NCBI GenBank assembly: GCA_036494095.1
Contig: DASXOR010000011.1
Span: 1-48,319 of the forward strand
Length of the DNA: 48,319 nucleotides
Source: Gaiellales bacterium
GTDB taxonomy: Bacteria > Actinomycetota > Thermoleophilia > Gaiellales > JAICJC01
Reading direction: 5' to 3'
Part shown: one piece after another, positions 8,698-18,604 of the stretch
Layout of the letters: the number at the start of each line of letters is the position of its first letter
Numbering within the stretch: the stretch's first letter is position 1
The notes under the pieces: generated by a model
What the model was told of the DNA's origin: nothing
Seen by the model: only the letters and a program-made list of their open reading frames with translations
Database searches by the model: none
Made by a program: the position numbers and the translations under genes

Positions 8698-9420
8698 TCA
8701 GTGGCCTCGTTGGTGTCCCCATGCGAGGACATGCAGCTGGGGCAGGATGCGCGCGCCGTCCATCGCCGGGTCGCGGGCGGCACGCTCACACAGCCACCGG
8801 TAACGCTCCGAGACGCCGTCGAGCGCCTCGGCGTGCGACGTCCCCGGGCCGGGCGGATCGGTGCCGCACGACAGGTGGAAGGGTAGCCCGGGGTAGCGCG
8901 CACGCAGCACGCGCGCCCACGCGTAGTCCGCCTCGTCGAAGACGACCACCTTCAGCACGGCCCGGCCGGCGGCGACCGCGCGCTGCATGAAGCGCTCCGA
9001 CTCCTGCTCGTTGGCGGCGGTGGCCATCCCGCTCGAGGGCGGCTTGGGGCTGACCGTCAGCAGGTCGACGTCGGCGAGCCAGTCGCGCCACACGCTGCCC
9101 TGCGTCTCCACCGTCACCCGGCGGCCGTCGGCATGGAGCATCGAAACGAGCTCGCCCAGCTCGAGCAGGGCCGGGTTCCCGCCCGAGAGCGTGACCCACT
9201 CCGGCCTGCCGGCCAGCGCCGCGAGCGCCGCCGCCACCTCGACAGGCGTCATCCGGGGCGCCTTGCGCACATCCTCAGGCAGGACGGCGAAAAGCGAATC
9301 GCACCAGCTGCAGCGATAGTCGCAACCGCCGAAGCGCACGAACGCGGTCGGCACGCCCGCGAGCTCGCCCTCTCCCTGGATGGTCGGCCCGAACACCTCG
9401 ACGACCGGCAGCGCGCTCAT
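8698..9420 (-). CDS. queE: 7-carboxy-7-deazaguanine synthase (radical SAM)
   Basis: ATG 9420 (MSALPVVEVFGPTIQGEG...) inside track ORF 8698..10311. CDYRCSWCD cluster. ATGA overlap with the queD stop. Confidence 0.9.
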   Translation of the reverse strand: MSALPVVEVFGPTIQGEGELAGVPTAFVRFGGCDYRCSWCDSLFAVLPEDVRKAPRMTPVEVAAALAALAGRPEWVTLSGGNPALLELGELVSMLHADGRRVTVETQGSVWRDWLADVDLLTVSPKPPSSGMATAANEQESERFMQRAVAAGRAVLKVVVFDEADYAWARVLRARYPGLPFHLSCGTDPPGPGTSHAEALDGVSERYRWLCERAARDPAMDGARILPQLHVLAWGHQRGH

Positions 9421-9806
9421 CGGCGCACGGTGGCCGCCGCCGTCTCGGTCTCCCAGACGGTCACCTCCGTGACCGGCAGCCCGGCGCCCTCCACCAGGCC
9501 GAGCACCCAGGCGGCGATGTGCTCGGCCGTGGTGGGCAGAAACGGCTCGGGCATCGTCTCGTTCAGGAAGCGGTGGTCGACCAGCGGCTCGACCTCGCGC
9601 CGCCACCACTCCGACACCGCCAGGAAGTCGAGCACCATGCCGTCGTCGGACTCGCCCCGCGCAGGCTTGATCTCGCCCTCGAAGCAGAGCTCGACGCGGT
9701 AGGAGTGGCCGTGCAGGCCGCGGCACTTGCCCGCGTGGTCGGGCAGCGAGTGGGCCGCCTCGAAGCGGAAGGTCTTTCGGATCGACGCGCGCATCGGCGC
9801 GGACAA
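9417..9806 (-). CDS. queD: 6-carboxy-5,6,7,8-tetrahydropterin synthase
   Basis: Track ORF of 129 aa. Motifs FRFEAAHSLP and CRGLHGHSY. Confidence 0.9.
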   Translation of the reverse strand: MSAPMRASIRKTFRFEAAHSLPDHAGKCRGLHGHSYRVELCFEGEIKPARGESDDGMVLDFLAVSEWWRREVEPLVDHRFLNETMPEPFLPTTAEHIAAWVLGLVEGAGLPVTEVTVWETETAAATVRR

Positions 9807-9812
9807 GCCTAG

Positions 9813-10304
9813 CTAGGTCGGGAACTGATCCTGAAGGCCGAGTCGCTGGGGCCGGGTGCGCGCGCGGGTGGCGATGACGAGTGCGGCCGCGATCGCGAGC
9901 AGACCACCCGCGACGACGACCTCGACCCCGTGGCCGTAGCGGTTCTGCGCGCCGGCGGAGCCGTACCCGCTCTCGATGGCCGCCCGCGTGGCCTGGGCGT
10001 GCCAGTGCCCGATGCACAGCCAGACCTCGGCCAGGGCGGCGAGGCCGAAGCCCGCGACGGCCACGGCGGCGATCAGAACCATGCGCGGGCTGCGCGTGCG
10101 CGTCCCCAGCTGGCTCGCAGCGGCGATCCCGAGGGCCACGAGCGCGATCACCATCTTCGCGTCGCTCTGGAAATGCGCGGTGACCGTGGTCGGCCCGATC
10201 GTCGTCGTCCCGGCGGCGATGCGGATGCCGTAGACCAGGGCGGTGATCGCCAGCAAAGCCGTTATGCGGCCGAGAGTGCGCAGCCTGGGGGTGTCCGCCG
10301 GCAT
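9813..10304 (-). CDS. hypothetical 4-TM membrane protein, first gene of the que operon
   Basis: Track ORF of 163 aa with high GC3 and four hydrophobic segments. The stop is 6 nt before the queD start. Confidence 0.6.
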   Translation of the reverse strand: MPADTPRLRTLGRITALLAITALVYGIRIAAGTTTIGPTTVTAHFQSDAKMVIALVALGIAAASQLGTRTRSPRMVLIAAVAVAGFGLAALAEVWLCIGHWHAQATRAAIESGYGSAGAQNRYGHGVEVVVAGGLLAIAAALVIATRARTRPQRLGLQDQFPT

Positions 10305-10369
10305 GCCCCATTCATCGGCGCTGACCCGCGTCCGCTTGAAGCCCGCCCGGTCGCGCGTACGATGGTGGC

Positions 10370-10663
10370 GTGGATCTCGTCTATGGCTATCCGGCCATTT
10401 TGATCGGCCTCGCGGTCGGACTCGTGGCGGCGTGGCGTGGCTGGCCCATCAGCCCGATCCTGGCCGCCGGGGCCATCGTCTTCACGGCGCTCGTCGTGCA
10501 CCAGTCGGGCGTGCCGGTCCCGGCCGGCGACCTCGGCGACAGCGGCCCTGCGACCGCCACGATATGGGTACTGCTCGCCTTCGTGAACGTCGGCAGCTGG
10601 GCGCTCGGGATCGGCATGGGCGTGGCGGTCGCCGGGCTCCGGCGCAGCCCGCATCCGGACTGA
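10370..10663 (+). CDS. small hypothetical membrane protein
   Basis: Track ORF of 97 aa with high GC3 and three hydrophobic segments. Confidence 0.45.
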   Translation: MDLVYGYPAILIGLAVGLVAAWRGWPISPILAAGAIVFTALVVHQSGVPVPAGDLGDSGPATATIWVLLAFVNVGSWALGIGMGVAVAGLRRSPHPD

Positions 10664-10669
10664 ACTGCG

Positions 10670-11599
10670 TCAGGAGGGCTCTGCCGGGATCTCGAGCTCG
10701 ATCTCGAGCTCCGGATCGTGCTGCCGCGCCTGCCACATCCGCCCGAGCGCAACGCCGCCGACGATGAACACGCCGCCGACGAGCTGGATCCCGCCGATCG
10801 CCTCACTCAGCAGAAGCGCCGCGAAGAGGGCGCCCAGGAAGGGCTGCAGGTACATGAAGAGGGTCGCCCGGGCGGCGCCGACCCTGCGCAGGGCGGCGAA
10901 GTAGAGGACGTTGGTCACCACGAGCGGAAACACCGTGGAGTAGGCGAGCGCGCCCCACCGCAGTGCGCCGATGTCGGCGAAGTCCTGGTTTGCGAGCTGC
11001 ACCGCGGCAAACGGGGCCATGAGCACGGCGCCAACCAGGATCATCAGCGTCGAGAGCCGCATCGCGCTGTAGTGACCGAAGAGCGGGCGCAGCATGACCG
11101 AGTAGGCCGCCCAGGTGAGGCCCGCGCAGATGGCAAGCAGGTCGCCCTTCAGGCTGAACCCCTCCAGGCCGGATCCGCCCTGGACGACGAGTGCGACGCC
11201 CGCGAGCGACACGCCGAGCGCCACCCAATGCACGGGGCGCACGCGCTCGTGGCCGAGCGCCACCGCAAACGCCGCCGTGAACGCCGGCGCCGCCCCCAGA
11301 ATCAGGGCGACGTTCGCGGCCGCCGTGTAGTCCAGCGCGTAGTTGAACGTGAGCTGGTTCAGGAAGATGCCGGTCGCGCCGGCCAGCACCACCCGCGGCA
11401 CGTCACGCCGCGCAACCCTGAGGCTGCCCTCGAGCCGCAGCACGATCGCGGCCATCGCCAGGCCGGCGATCGTGAAGCGCAGGCCGGAGAAGGCCAGCGG
11501 GTTCCAGCGCTCGAACGCGTACTTCGTGGTGGCGTAGTTCAGGCTCCAGAGCACGTTGGCGAGGACCAGCATGCCGTCGGCCCGGTCGGGGCGTCGCAC
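10670..11599 (-). CDS. EamA/DMT family transporter
   Basis: Track ORF of 309 aa. Ten-TM pattern in two EamA-like halves. Confidence 0.85.
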   Translation of the reverse strand: MRRPDRADGMLVLANVLWSLNYATTKYAFERWNPLAFSGLRFTIAGLAMAAIVLRLEGSLRVARRDVPRVVLAGATGIFLNQLTFNYALDYTAAANVALILGAAPAFTAAFAVALGHERVRPVHWVALGVSLAGVALVVQGGSGLEGFSLKGDLLAICAGLTWAAYSVMLRPLFGHYSAMRLSTLMILVGAVLMAPFAAVQLANQDFADIGALRWGALAYSTVFPLVVTNVLYFAALRRVGAARATLFMYLQPFLGALFAALLLSEAIGGIQLVGGVFIVGGVALGRMWQARQHDPELEIELEIPAEPS

Positions 11600-11659
11600 G
11601 CCGCGCAGACTACGAGATCGAGGCCGGCCCGCAGCGCGACAACCGCCGCGCCGGCCCGA

Positions 11660-12424
11660 TCAGGCGGCTGGGCGCGCGCCCGCGGCGGTGACAAGCATGT
11701 CGCCGGTGGCGTGCAGCGGCACGGCCAGCGGGTGCCCCGCGGCGGCCAGGCCGAGGTTCCACGGCGCGCCGACGCGCACCCACAGGCGCCGGCGGGCGAA
11801 CCGCAGGTGGTGGCCGGACGCCAGCGTGTTCTCGAACAGCACCTTGCCGTTGGCCGACCCGGCCCGCACCGAGAGCCACGTGCCGCCCCGCTTGGCGACC
11901 AGCTCGAGCGCCGCCACGCGGGCGGTCGTCGCTTGGGTGGTCGTGCCCGTCGCGCTCGTCGTGGGCGGCTGGGTGGTGCCCGTGCCTGGGCCCGTGCCGC
12001 TGAGCGGCTGCGTACGCCCGGTCTGCCCACCGCTCGCCGAGGAGCCACGCGATCCCAGCACGACGATGCCGATCGCCACGAGCGCGGCGATGAGCACCAC
12101 GGCGAGCGCCCACGCGGCGACGCGGGCGCGGTGATCGAGCAGCGGGACGGCCGCGACCTGCCGCGGCGGTGTCATCACGACGTCCTCGACGAGGTCGGGG
12201 CGGGCGTTCAGCTCGGCCACGAGCTCCTGCGGGTCGAGCCCGAGCTGCTCGGCGTAGTCGCGGACGAATGCGCGCACATACGCGGGGCCGGGCAACACGT
12301 CGAAGCGCTCCTCCTCGAGCGCGAGCAGGAACTTGGCGCGGATGCGCGTCTCGGCCTCGATCTCGTCGATCCCGATGCCGCGTCGCTCGCGCTCGCCGCG
12401 CAGCTTTGCGCCGACTTCACCCAT
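11660..12424 (-). CDS. RodZ-like protein (N-terminal HTH, TM, Thr/Gly-rich linker, DUF4115-like C-terminus)
   Basis: ATG 12424 (MGEVGAKLRGERERRGIGIDEIEAETRIRAKFLLALEEERFDVLPG) inside track ORF 11660..12463. Confidence 0.7.
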   Translation of the reverse strand: MGEVGAKLRGERERRGIGIDEIEAETRIRAKFLLALEEERFDVLPGPAYVRAFVRDYAEQLGLDPQELVAELNARPDLVEDVVMTPPRQVAAVPLLDHRARVAAWALAVVLIAALVAIGIVVLGSRGSSASGGQTGRTQPLSGTGPGTGTTQPPTTSATGTTTQATTARVAALELVAKRGGTWLSVRAGSANGKVLFENTLASGHHLRFARRRLWVRVGAPWNLGLAAAGHPLAVPLHATGDMLVTAAGARPAA

Positions 12425-12494
12425 TCCGATGCGGATTCTGCCTGCCGTGGGATGCGGCTTCAACTGCGGCGGCCGTGCGGCGGGGCCGAGCCGT

Positions 12495-13421
12495 TCAGCC
12501 GGCTCGCAGCGTGGAGGTGTCGACCGCCTCGAGATCCTGGCCCTTGATCTGGTTCAGCGCGTGCAGGGCGTCGTCGTTGAAGAGCGGGTTCGAGAACCCG
12601 GAGATGTAGCCCGAGGAGCCGTTGTCGGCCAGGATCATCCCGTAGCGCTGGAGCGCAATCGCGATCACGCGGGCCGGGCGCGGCAGGCTGTTCACGTTGA
12701 ACGAGGCCTTGAGGCGGATGCGCAGGCCCATCGGCGGCCAACCGGCGCAGCTGCCCGAGCCGGCGTCGTGGCGGGCGGGATAGATGTGGCCGGAGCAGGT
12801 GTGCGGCGCCGTGAACCGCAGCGCGTGGTCGATCAGGCCGGCCTTCACCTCGGAGTGGCGCACGAGGCCGGGCAGGATCGGCAGGCCGGCGGCGTCGGCG
12901 CTCGTCCAGCCGTTCGGGCGCAGGTGGTTCGACGTGAGCGTCCAGATCGCGCCCGAGCCGGCATGCCAGCCGCTGGCCGTGTGCCTGGCGTCGAAGAGCT
13001 CGTAGAGCTTGCAGTTGCCGCGGTCGACGATCAGCATGTGCCGGTCGGAGCCGCGCTCGATCAGCGGCTTGGCCGGGATCGGGTAGGGCCCCTTGTCGGA
13101 CTCGCTCGCGTACTGGAAGCGGACGCGGCGCGTGACCTGGCGGCCGCCGACCGTGTTCACCGGGATGCCGTAGCCGGCGAACGATCCGAAGTCGGGATGC
13201 AGGCCGGCCGAGAAGTCGATCGCATGCAGCATCGTGGCGGAGTTCGCGGCCACCGGCAGCGTGTCGACCGGCTTGTTCCAGACGTTCGTGGCCGGGAAGA
13301 TCGGGCAGTTGGGCGCGCCCGGAAGCGGCGAGCCGGACGTGCGTGCCGTTCCCAAGGCAAGCGCGGCGGCGACGGCGATCGTGGCCGCAAGCGCGACCCG
13401 GGCGAGCGGGCGACCCCTCAT
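12495..13421 (-). CDS. secreted hypothetical protein
   Basis: Track ORF of 308 aa. Signal peptide (VALAATIAVAAALALGTA). High GC3 throughout. Confidence 0.65.
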   Translation of the reverse strand: MRGRPLARVALAATIAVAAALALGTARTSGSPLPGAPNCPIFPATNVWNKPVDTLPVAANSATMLHAIDFSAGLHPDFGSFAGYGIPVNTVGGRQVTRRVRFQYASESDKGPYPIPAKPLIERGSDRHMLIVDRGNCKLYELFDARHTASGWHAGSGAIWTLTSNHLRPNGWTSADAAGLPILPGLVRHSEVKAGLIDHALRFTAPHTCSGHIYPARHDAGSGSCAGWPPMGLRIRLKASFNVNSLPRPARVIAIALQRYGMILADNGSSGYISGFSNPLFNDDALHALNQIKGQDLEAVDTSTLRAG

Positions 13422-13516
13422 GGGCGCATGATCGGAGACGTGCCCCCGGGTTGCAACCCGCAGACGGGTGAGCTTACGGAACGCTTACGCGGCGGCCCGT
13501 CTTATCCTTACGAGCG

Positions 13517-14485
13517 ATGATCGAGGCGCTGGCAGTCGAGGTGGAGGGGCTCGAGAAGCGCTACCCGAAGGCACCGTCCAACGCGGTCGACGGCGTCTCC
13601 TTCACCGTCGAGCGGGGCGAGGTCTTCGGCCTCCTCGGCCCAAATGGCGCGGGGAAGACCACCACGATCGGCGTGCTCACGACCCGGGTGCGCCTGAGCG
13701 CGGGCGTCGCACGCGTGGTCGGCATTGACGTCAGCACCGACGCGGTGCGGGCGCGCAGCATGCTCGCGGTCGTGCCGCAGCGAAACAACCTCGACCGCTC
13801 GCTCTCGATCCGTCAGAACCTGACCTTCCACGCGGCCTATCACCGCGTGCCTGCCGCCGAGCGCAACCGCCGCGCAGACGAGCTCCTGGAGCTGTTCGGC
13901 CTGACCGACAGGGCGGCCGACAAGGTCGACTTCGTCTCCGGCGGCCAGGCCCAGCGAATCATGATCGCCCGGGCGATGATGCACACGCCGCAGGTGCTCT
14001 TCCTGGACGAGCCCAGCACCGGCCTCGATCCGGCGGCGCGGTTGTTCGTGTGGGATCGCATCCGCGACCTGCGCGACCAGGGCGTGACGATCGTGATCAC
14101 GACCCACGACATGGACGAGGCCTCGACCCTGGCCGAGCGGGTAGGGATCATGGATCACGGCCGCCTGCTCGCGCTCGACCGGCCCGACGCGCTCACGCGC
14201 AGCCTGCCCGGCAAGACCACGCTCGAGATCGCGATGGCAGGCGCCGACGGCGGCCTCGACCAGGCGGTGGCGGAGCTCGAGCGGCTGCACGGAGTCGAGC
14301 GGCTCGAGCGGCTCGACCGCAGCGACGGCCACGTGCGCCTCTACGTCACCGACGACGCGCCGCTCATGGTGGCGCCGGTGGCGACGGCGCTCGCCCGGCA
14401 CGGGATCACGCTCTCCGACGTGAAGATCGGCGAGCCGAGCCTCGAGGACGTCTTCATCGGCCTGACGGGACGGGCGCTGCGATGA
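13517..14485 (+). CDS. ABC transporter ATP-binding protein (DrrA/ABC-2 exporter type)
   Basis: Track ORF of 322 aa. Walker A GPNGAGKTT, signature VSGGQAQR, Walker B LFLDEP. Confidence 0.9.
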   Translation: MIEALAVEVEGLEKRYPKAPSNAVDGVSFTVERGEVFGLLGPNGAGKTTTIGVLTTRVRLSAGVARVVGIDVSTDAVRARSMLAVVPQRNNLDRSLSIRQNLTFHAAYHRVPAAERNRRADELLELFGLTDRAADKVDFVSGGQAQRIMIARAMMHTPQVLFLDEPSTGLDPAARLFVWDRIRDLRDQGVTIVITTHDMDEASTLAERVGIMDHGRLLALDRPDALTRSLPGKTTLEIAMAGADGGLDQAVAELERLHGVERLERLDRSDGHVRLYVTDDAPLMVAPVATALARHGITLSDVKIGEPSLEDVFIGLTGRALR

Positions 14486-15279
14486 GCGCACCGGCGGCCA
14501 CGGCGCGGACGACCGCACCCGGCGTGTTCATGGCGGTGCTGTGGCGCGACCTCTTCGTGACCGGCCGCGAGCTGCCCGTGTTCCTGGCCCAGGTGGTGCT
14601 GCAGCCGCTCTTCATGCTGTTCGTGTTCGGCAAGGTGCTTGCGAGCCTCGGCTACACCCGCCCGGGCTACACGCACCTGCTGTTCCCGGGGGTGGTCGCG
14701 CTCACGGCGATGCTGACGGCCCTGCAGTCGACGGCGCTCCCGCTCGTGATCGAGTTCAGCTTCACGAAGGAGATCGAGGACCGTCTGCTCGCGCCCATCC
14801 CGGTCGCACTGGTCGCCGTGGAGAAGATGGTGTTCGCGGCGATGAGGGCGCTCGTGGCGGCCATGTTCATGTTCCCGATCGGGATCCTGATCCTGGGATC
14901 GGTGCCGTGGCGGGTGGCGGGCGCCCCCCAGTTCGTCGTCATCCTGCTCCTGGGGACGCTGTGCGGCGCGGCGATGGGGCTCACGATGGGGACGCTCGTG
15001 CCGCCGAACCGGATCACGGTCATGTTCACGCTCGTCCTGACGCCGCTCCTCTTCACGGGCTGCAGCCAGTACCCGTGGCCGTCGCTCGCGCGCCTGCGCT
15101 GGTTCCAGGTCGTGACCGCGTTCAACCCGCTCACCTACGTGAGCGAGGGCATGCGCGGAGCGCTCGTGCCCGGGGTCCCCCACATCCGCCCGCCGCTCTG
15201 CATCGGAGCGCTCGTGCTCTCGCTTGCCGTGTTCTCGGCCATCGGCATCCGCGGATTCATGCGCCAGGCGATCGACTGA
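14482..15279 (+). CDS. ABC-2 type transporter permease
   Basis: ATG 14482 inside track ORF 14050..15279. ATGA overlap with the ATPase stop. Six hydrophobic segments. Confidence 0.85.
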   Translation: MSAPAATARTTAPGVFMAVLWRDLFVTGRELPVFLAQVVLQPLFMLFVFGKVLASLGYTRPGYTHLLFPGVVALTAMLTALQSTALPLVIEFSFTKEIEDRLLAPIPVALVAVEKMVFAAMRALVAAMFMFPIGILILGSVPWRVAGAPQFVVILLLGTLCGAAMGLTMGTLVPPNRITVMFTLVLTPLLFTGCSQYPWPSLARLRWFQVVTAFNPLTYVSEGMRGALVPGVPHIRPPLCIGALVLSLAVFSAIGIRGFMRQAID

Positions 15280-17533
15280 AGGCGTGCTCGCGGGCGGCCG
15301 TCCGGGCAGGGCCGGCAACCGACCGCTCCAGCCGCCGGGCAGCGTCCAGGTGGTCGCCCGTCCAGATTACGCGCACTGCGGTCGCGGTCGCTTCGCCGCT
15401 CCCGTCGCGGAGGTCGCGACCGACCGCATCGGCGAGGCCGGCGCCTGCCAGGACGTCTGCGTCCTGCGGCTCCGGCGGCTCCGCCTGGTGCGCGAGGCTC
15501 GCGGCGAAGTCGCCGTACCAGCCGGTGACCGCGTCGGCGGACGCGAGCAGCCGCCGGCGGGCCGCCTCCCGGTCGCCGGCCGCGCCGCCGTCGCCCTGCC
15601 ACAGATCGAGCACGGCGTCCCCAGCCAGGCGCAGGCCGACGACGCCCGTGACGAGGCTCGTCACCTCGGCCAGCGGCACCGGCTTGGAGCCACGCTCGGC
15701 CAGGTACCCGCGGAAGGCGTCGTCGAGCCGGCGTGAGGCCGCAGCCGCCCGCGTCGACTCGACGGTCGGGGGCTGCATCTGTGGGGCGCCGGCGTCACAC
15801 CGGCTGATCCCGAAGCGCACGGCGCCGGCGAGATACCGAGAGCTCGAGGCGTAGGCCTCGGCCAGCGCCTCGCCGAGCGCCGCCGCCGCCCCCCGCGGCC
15901 AGAAGAGGAGGCCGACGACGAGGCTGACGGCGCTCCCCAGGGCGACGTCCTCGATCCGGACGATCCCGATCCGCCACCCCTCGGGCGCGATGATGTTGAA
16001 GAGGATCAGGAGCACCAGTGTGAACCCCGCCTGGCCCGCCGCGAACGAGATCGCCGCCGGGGCGAGGCCCGCGAAAAGGACTGCAGGCGGGAGAAGTGCC
16101 CAGAGCAGCGTCGTGTCCGTCCCGATCACCGCGACCACCCCGGCGCCGACGGCGAACCCAACGGCGGTGCCGAGCAGGCCGCGAAGGACGCTCTGGCCGG
16201 TCGCGAGCGCGTTCGTGCGTAGCACCGCGAGCGTCCCGAACACGACCCAGAACGCATGCTGGACGTCCGTCAGGTTGATGACGAGCACGGCGAGCGCGAG
16301 GCTGACAGCCCCCCGCAGGCTGTTGCGCAGCCAGACCGAGTGCAGCTCGAGGTGCGAGCCGGCCCGCTCCTGCGCCGACGCCAGCGGCCCGGCGAGCCCG
16401 CCCGGGCGCCGCCCCAGGAGCTGGTCGAGCCAGCTCCGCCGCTCCGCGGCCGCGGCGAGATCGACATTGCGGGCGATCTGGGCGGCGACGAAGCTCAGCT
16501 CCTGGGCGCGGAAGCTCGGGTCGAGCGCCGACACGACGTCGTCCGACGGCGCCGCGTCGTCGTCGGAGATGCGACCGGTGGCGCCCCGCTCGAGCTCGGT
16601 CAGGGCCTGGTCGAGTCCCGCCACGGAGGCGTGGAGTGCGTCCGCATCTGCTCGCAGATCCGCAAGCAGGTCGGCAGCCCCGTCAAGCACCCCCGCCACC
16701 GAGAGCTTGACGGCGTACGCCCGCGCGCTCACGGGTGCCGGCACTGGACGTGGGGCACCGTGGTGGACGACGGCGTCGAGCCAGCGCAGCTCGTCCACGA
16801 GGCGAACGAGGGTGCGCGCGGCCGTGTTGAGGCCGGTCGGCCGGTAAGGCGTCGCGAAGAAGACCGCCTGGACGTCGGACATCGCCTCGTCGGACCGGGC
16901 GATCGCCGCCTCATGTTCGGCGGCTGCCGCCGGCGGCCGGCCGGCGAGCATGAACGCGACCTCGGAGCGCAGCCGTGCGGCCACGGCGCGGCAGGCGGCG
17001 CCCGCGGCAACGCGCACCGGATCGCGCGCCGGCGCCGGCCACAGAAGGGCGATCGCGAACAGCGAGGCAACGGCGGCCATGTCCCAGCCCGCCAGCCGGT
17101 CGGGGATCTGCGCGGCCGGCGCCGGCAGGGCGACCGGGAGGATGAACGAGAGCAGAAGCGGCGTCGTCGCACCCGCCACCACCGAGCTCACCACACCGGA
17201 GAAGATGACGGCGAAGCCGACCACTGCCATCCCGGCCACCGCCGCGACAGCGCTCTGCGAGGCGAGCGTCCCCACGCAGATCAGGACGCTGCAAGTGGCC
17301 GCGAGCGCCGCCTGCGCACGGAGGCGTGACCACGTCCGGCCGGGAAAGTCGACCAGGAGCAGCAGTGCGAACGACCCGAAGGCCGCGAACGTCGCGATCG
17401 TCGGGTTTCCGATGACGACGTCGCCGAGCGCGAACATCGCGGGCATGACGACGGCGGCCCGGCCTGCCCGACGCAGGGCGCGGAGGCCGGGGTCGTGCCG
17501 GCCGATCCAGCGGATCAGGGTGACAGCCGGCAC
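15257..17533 (-). CDS. FUSC family (fusaric-acid-resistance / aromatic acid exporter-like) membrane protein
   Basis: Track ORF of 758 aa. Two multi-TM blocks separated by a soluble helical region. Confidence 0.75.
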   Translation of the reverse strand: MPAVTLIRWIGRHDPGLRALRRAGRAAVVMPAMFALGDVVIGNPTIATFAAFGSFALLLLVDFPGRTWSRLRAQAALAATCSVLICVGTLASQSAVAAVAGMAVVGFAVIFSGVVSSVVAGATTPLLLSFILPVALPAPAAQIPDRLAGWDMAAVASLFAIALLWPAPARDPVRVAAGAACRAVAARLRSEVAFMLAGRPPAAAAEHEAAIARSDEAMSDVQAVFFATPYRPTGLNTAARTLVRLVDELRWLDAVVHHGAPRPVPAPVSARAYAVKLSVAGVLDGAADLLADLRADADALHASVAGLDQALTELERGATGRISDDDAAPSDDVVSALDPSFRAQELSFVAAQIARNVDLAAAAERRSWLDQLLGRRPGGLAGPLASAQERAGSHLELHSVWLRNSLRGAVSLALAVLVINLTDVQHAFWVVFGTLAVLRTNALATGQSVLRGLLGTAVGFAVGAGVVAVIGTDTTLLWALLPPAVLFAGLAPAAISFAAGQAGFTLVLLILFNIIAPEGWRIGIVRIEDVALGSAVSLVVGLLFWPRGAAAALGEALAEAYASSSRYLAGAVRFGISRCDAGAPQMQPPTVESTRAAAASRRLDDAFRGYLAERGSKPVPLAEVTSLVTGVVGLRLAGDAVLDLWQGDGGAAGDREAARRRLLASADAVTGWYGDFAASLAHQAEPPEPQDADVLAGAGLADAVGRDLRDGSGEATATAVRVIWTGDHLDAARRLERSVAGPARTAAREHAFSRSPGA

Positions 17534-17607
17534 GCCTTGCTCACTCGCCGGCGGTCGCTCTCATCCCGTCGGCTCGCGCCGCGGGCCGAGTGAGTTCTCG
17601 CCGGTGC

Positions 17608-18561
17608 TCATCGGGTCTGCTCCACGAAGATCGCATCGGGCAGGAACATGCCCACCACCCAGTTGGGCGCGTCGACGACCTCGTGCACGCGCAGGTCGCA
17701 GGCCACCGAGCACAGGGCATAGGCCTCCTGGCGGTCGAGCCCGTAGCGGTGCCCGAGGTGACCGATCATCGCCCGTGTGGCCGCCCGTGTCGCCTCCATC
17801 AGATCGGGGCCGACGCCCGTGGTGACGTGGAACGCCCCGCCCTCGGTGCGGGCGAGCTCGCCCGCGGGCACCGCGTACTGCGGCGCCGGCACCGAGAAGT
17901 CGCGGCGGACGCTCAGGCGCACGACGATGTCCATCGCGGCCTCGACGGCGGTGCCGCACACCTCGCCGTCGCCCATCGCCGCGTGGGTGTCGCCGACCGA
18001 GAAGAGCGCGCCGTCGACGCCGACGGGCAGGTACAGGGTCGTGCCGACGCGCAGGTGCTTGATGTCGAGGTTGCCTCCCCACGTCGACGGCGGCACGATC
18101 GAGTGCCGGCCGGGCTCGGGCAGGGCCACCCCGATCGTGCCCGGGAAGGGCTCGAACGGCAGCGTGATGCCGTCCGCGAAGCCCACCCGGCGCGTCTCGG
18201 GGTCGACCGACGAGATGCGCAGCCACGGGTCGGGGAACTCGTCGGCGAGCAGCCCGAACCCGGGAATGATCGCCGTCCAGCCCCAGTCCCCCGGGCGCAG
18301 CTCGAGGATCTCCACCGCGAGCACGTCGCCCGGCTTCGCCCCCTTCACCGCGACCGGGCCGCTGACCGGGTTCACATGGCTGAAGTCGAGGTTCGCGACC
18401 GCCTCGACGCCCGAGTCCCTGCCGATCTGCTCGTCGCCGGCGTCGCGCGCATGCAGCTCGATCTCGGCGCCCGATTCCACCTCGAGCACCGGCGGGATCG
18501 CGTTGTCCCAGACGTAGTTGAACGCGTCCGGCCTGACCTCGTGCAGCGAATGGCGATGCAT
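17608..18561 (-). CDS. acetamidase/formamidase family amidohydrolase
   Basis: Track ORF of 317 aa. Motifs NPVSGPVAVKGAKPGD, GGNLDIKHL, GDTHAAMGDGEV. Confidence 0.9.
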   Translation of the reverse strand: MHRHSLHEVRPDAFNYVWDNAIPPVLEVESGAEIELHARDAGDEQIGRDSGVEAVANLDFSHVNPVSGPVAVKGAKPGDVLAVEILELRPGDWGWTAIIPGFGLLADEFPDPWLRISSVDPETRRVGFADGITLPFEPFPGTIGVALPEPGRHSIVPPSTWGGNLDIKHLRVGTTLYLPVGVDGALFSVGDTHAAMGDGEVCGTAVEAAMDIVVRLSVRRDFSVPAPQYAVPAGELARTEGGAFHVTTGVGPDLMEATRAATRAMIGHLGHRYGLDRQEAYALCSVACDLRVHEVVDAPNWVVGMFLPDAIFVEQTR

Positions 18562-18604
18562 GGAATGACCTCCCCGTGAGCGAGCGCGAGTCTACCTCTG
18601 CGGG

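Noticed and set aside
10305-10369. Looked for a preQ1 riboswitch upstream of the que operon
   Set aside because: The minus-strand leader shows nothing resembling the preQ1-I hairpin with an A-rich tail, or the class II/III cores. The region is short and GC-rich.
10718-12547. 609-aa plus-strand ORF, and similar very long Arg/Pro/Gly-rich ORFs (985..2097, 5714..6433, 8698..10311 N-terminal part, 23679..25331, 28734..29993 N-terminal part, 30409..32151, 33015..34595 N-terminal part)
   Set aside because: These are antisense or out-of-frame shadows typical of very GC-rich DNA. Their composition is low-complexity R/P/G/A, they have no recognisable motifs, and each overlaps a well-supported gene on the other strand or frame.
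13422-13516. Three CTTACG direct repeats upstream of the ABC-2 exporter
   Set aside because: A 6-nt motif repeated three times with irregular spacing is within chance expectation for a promoter region. There is no dyad and no adjacent regulator gene to support an operator call.
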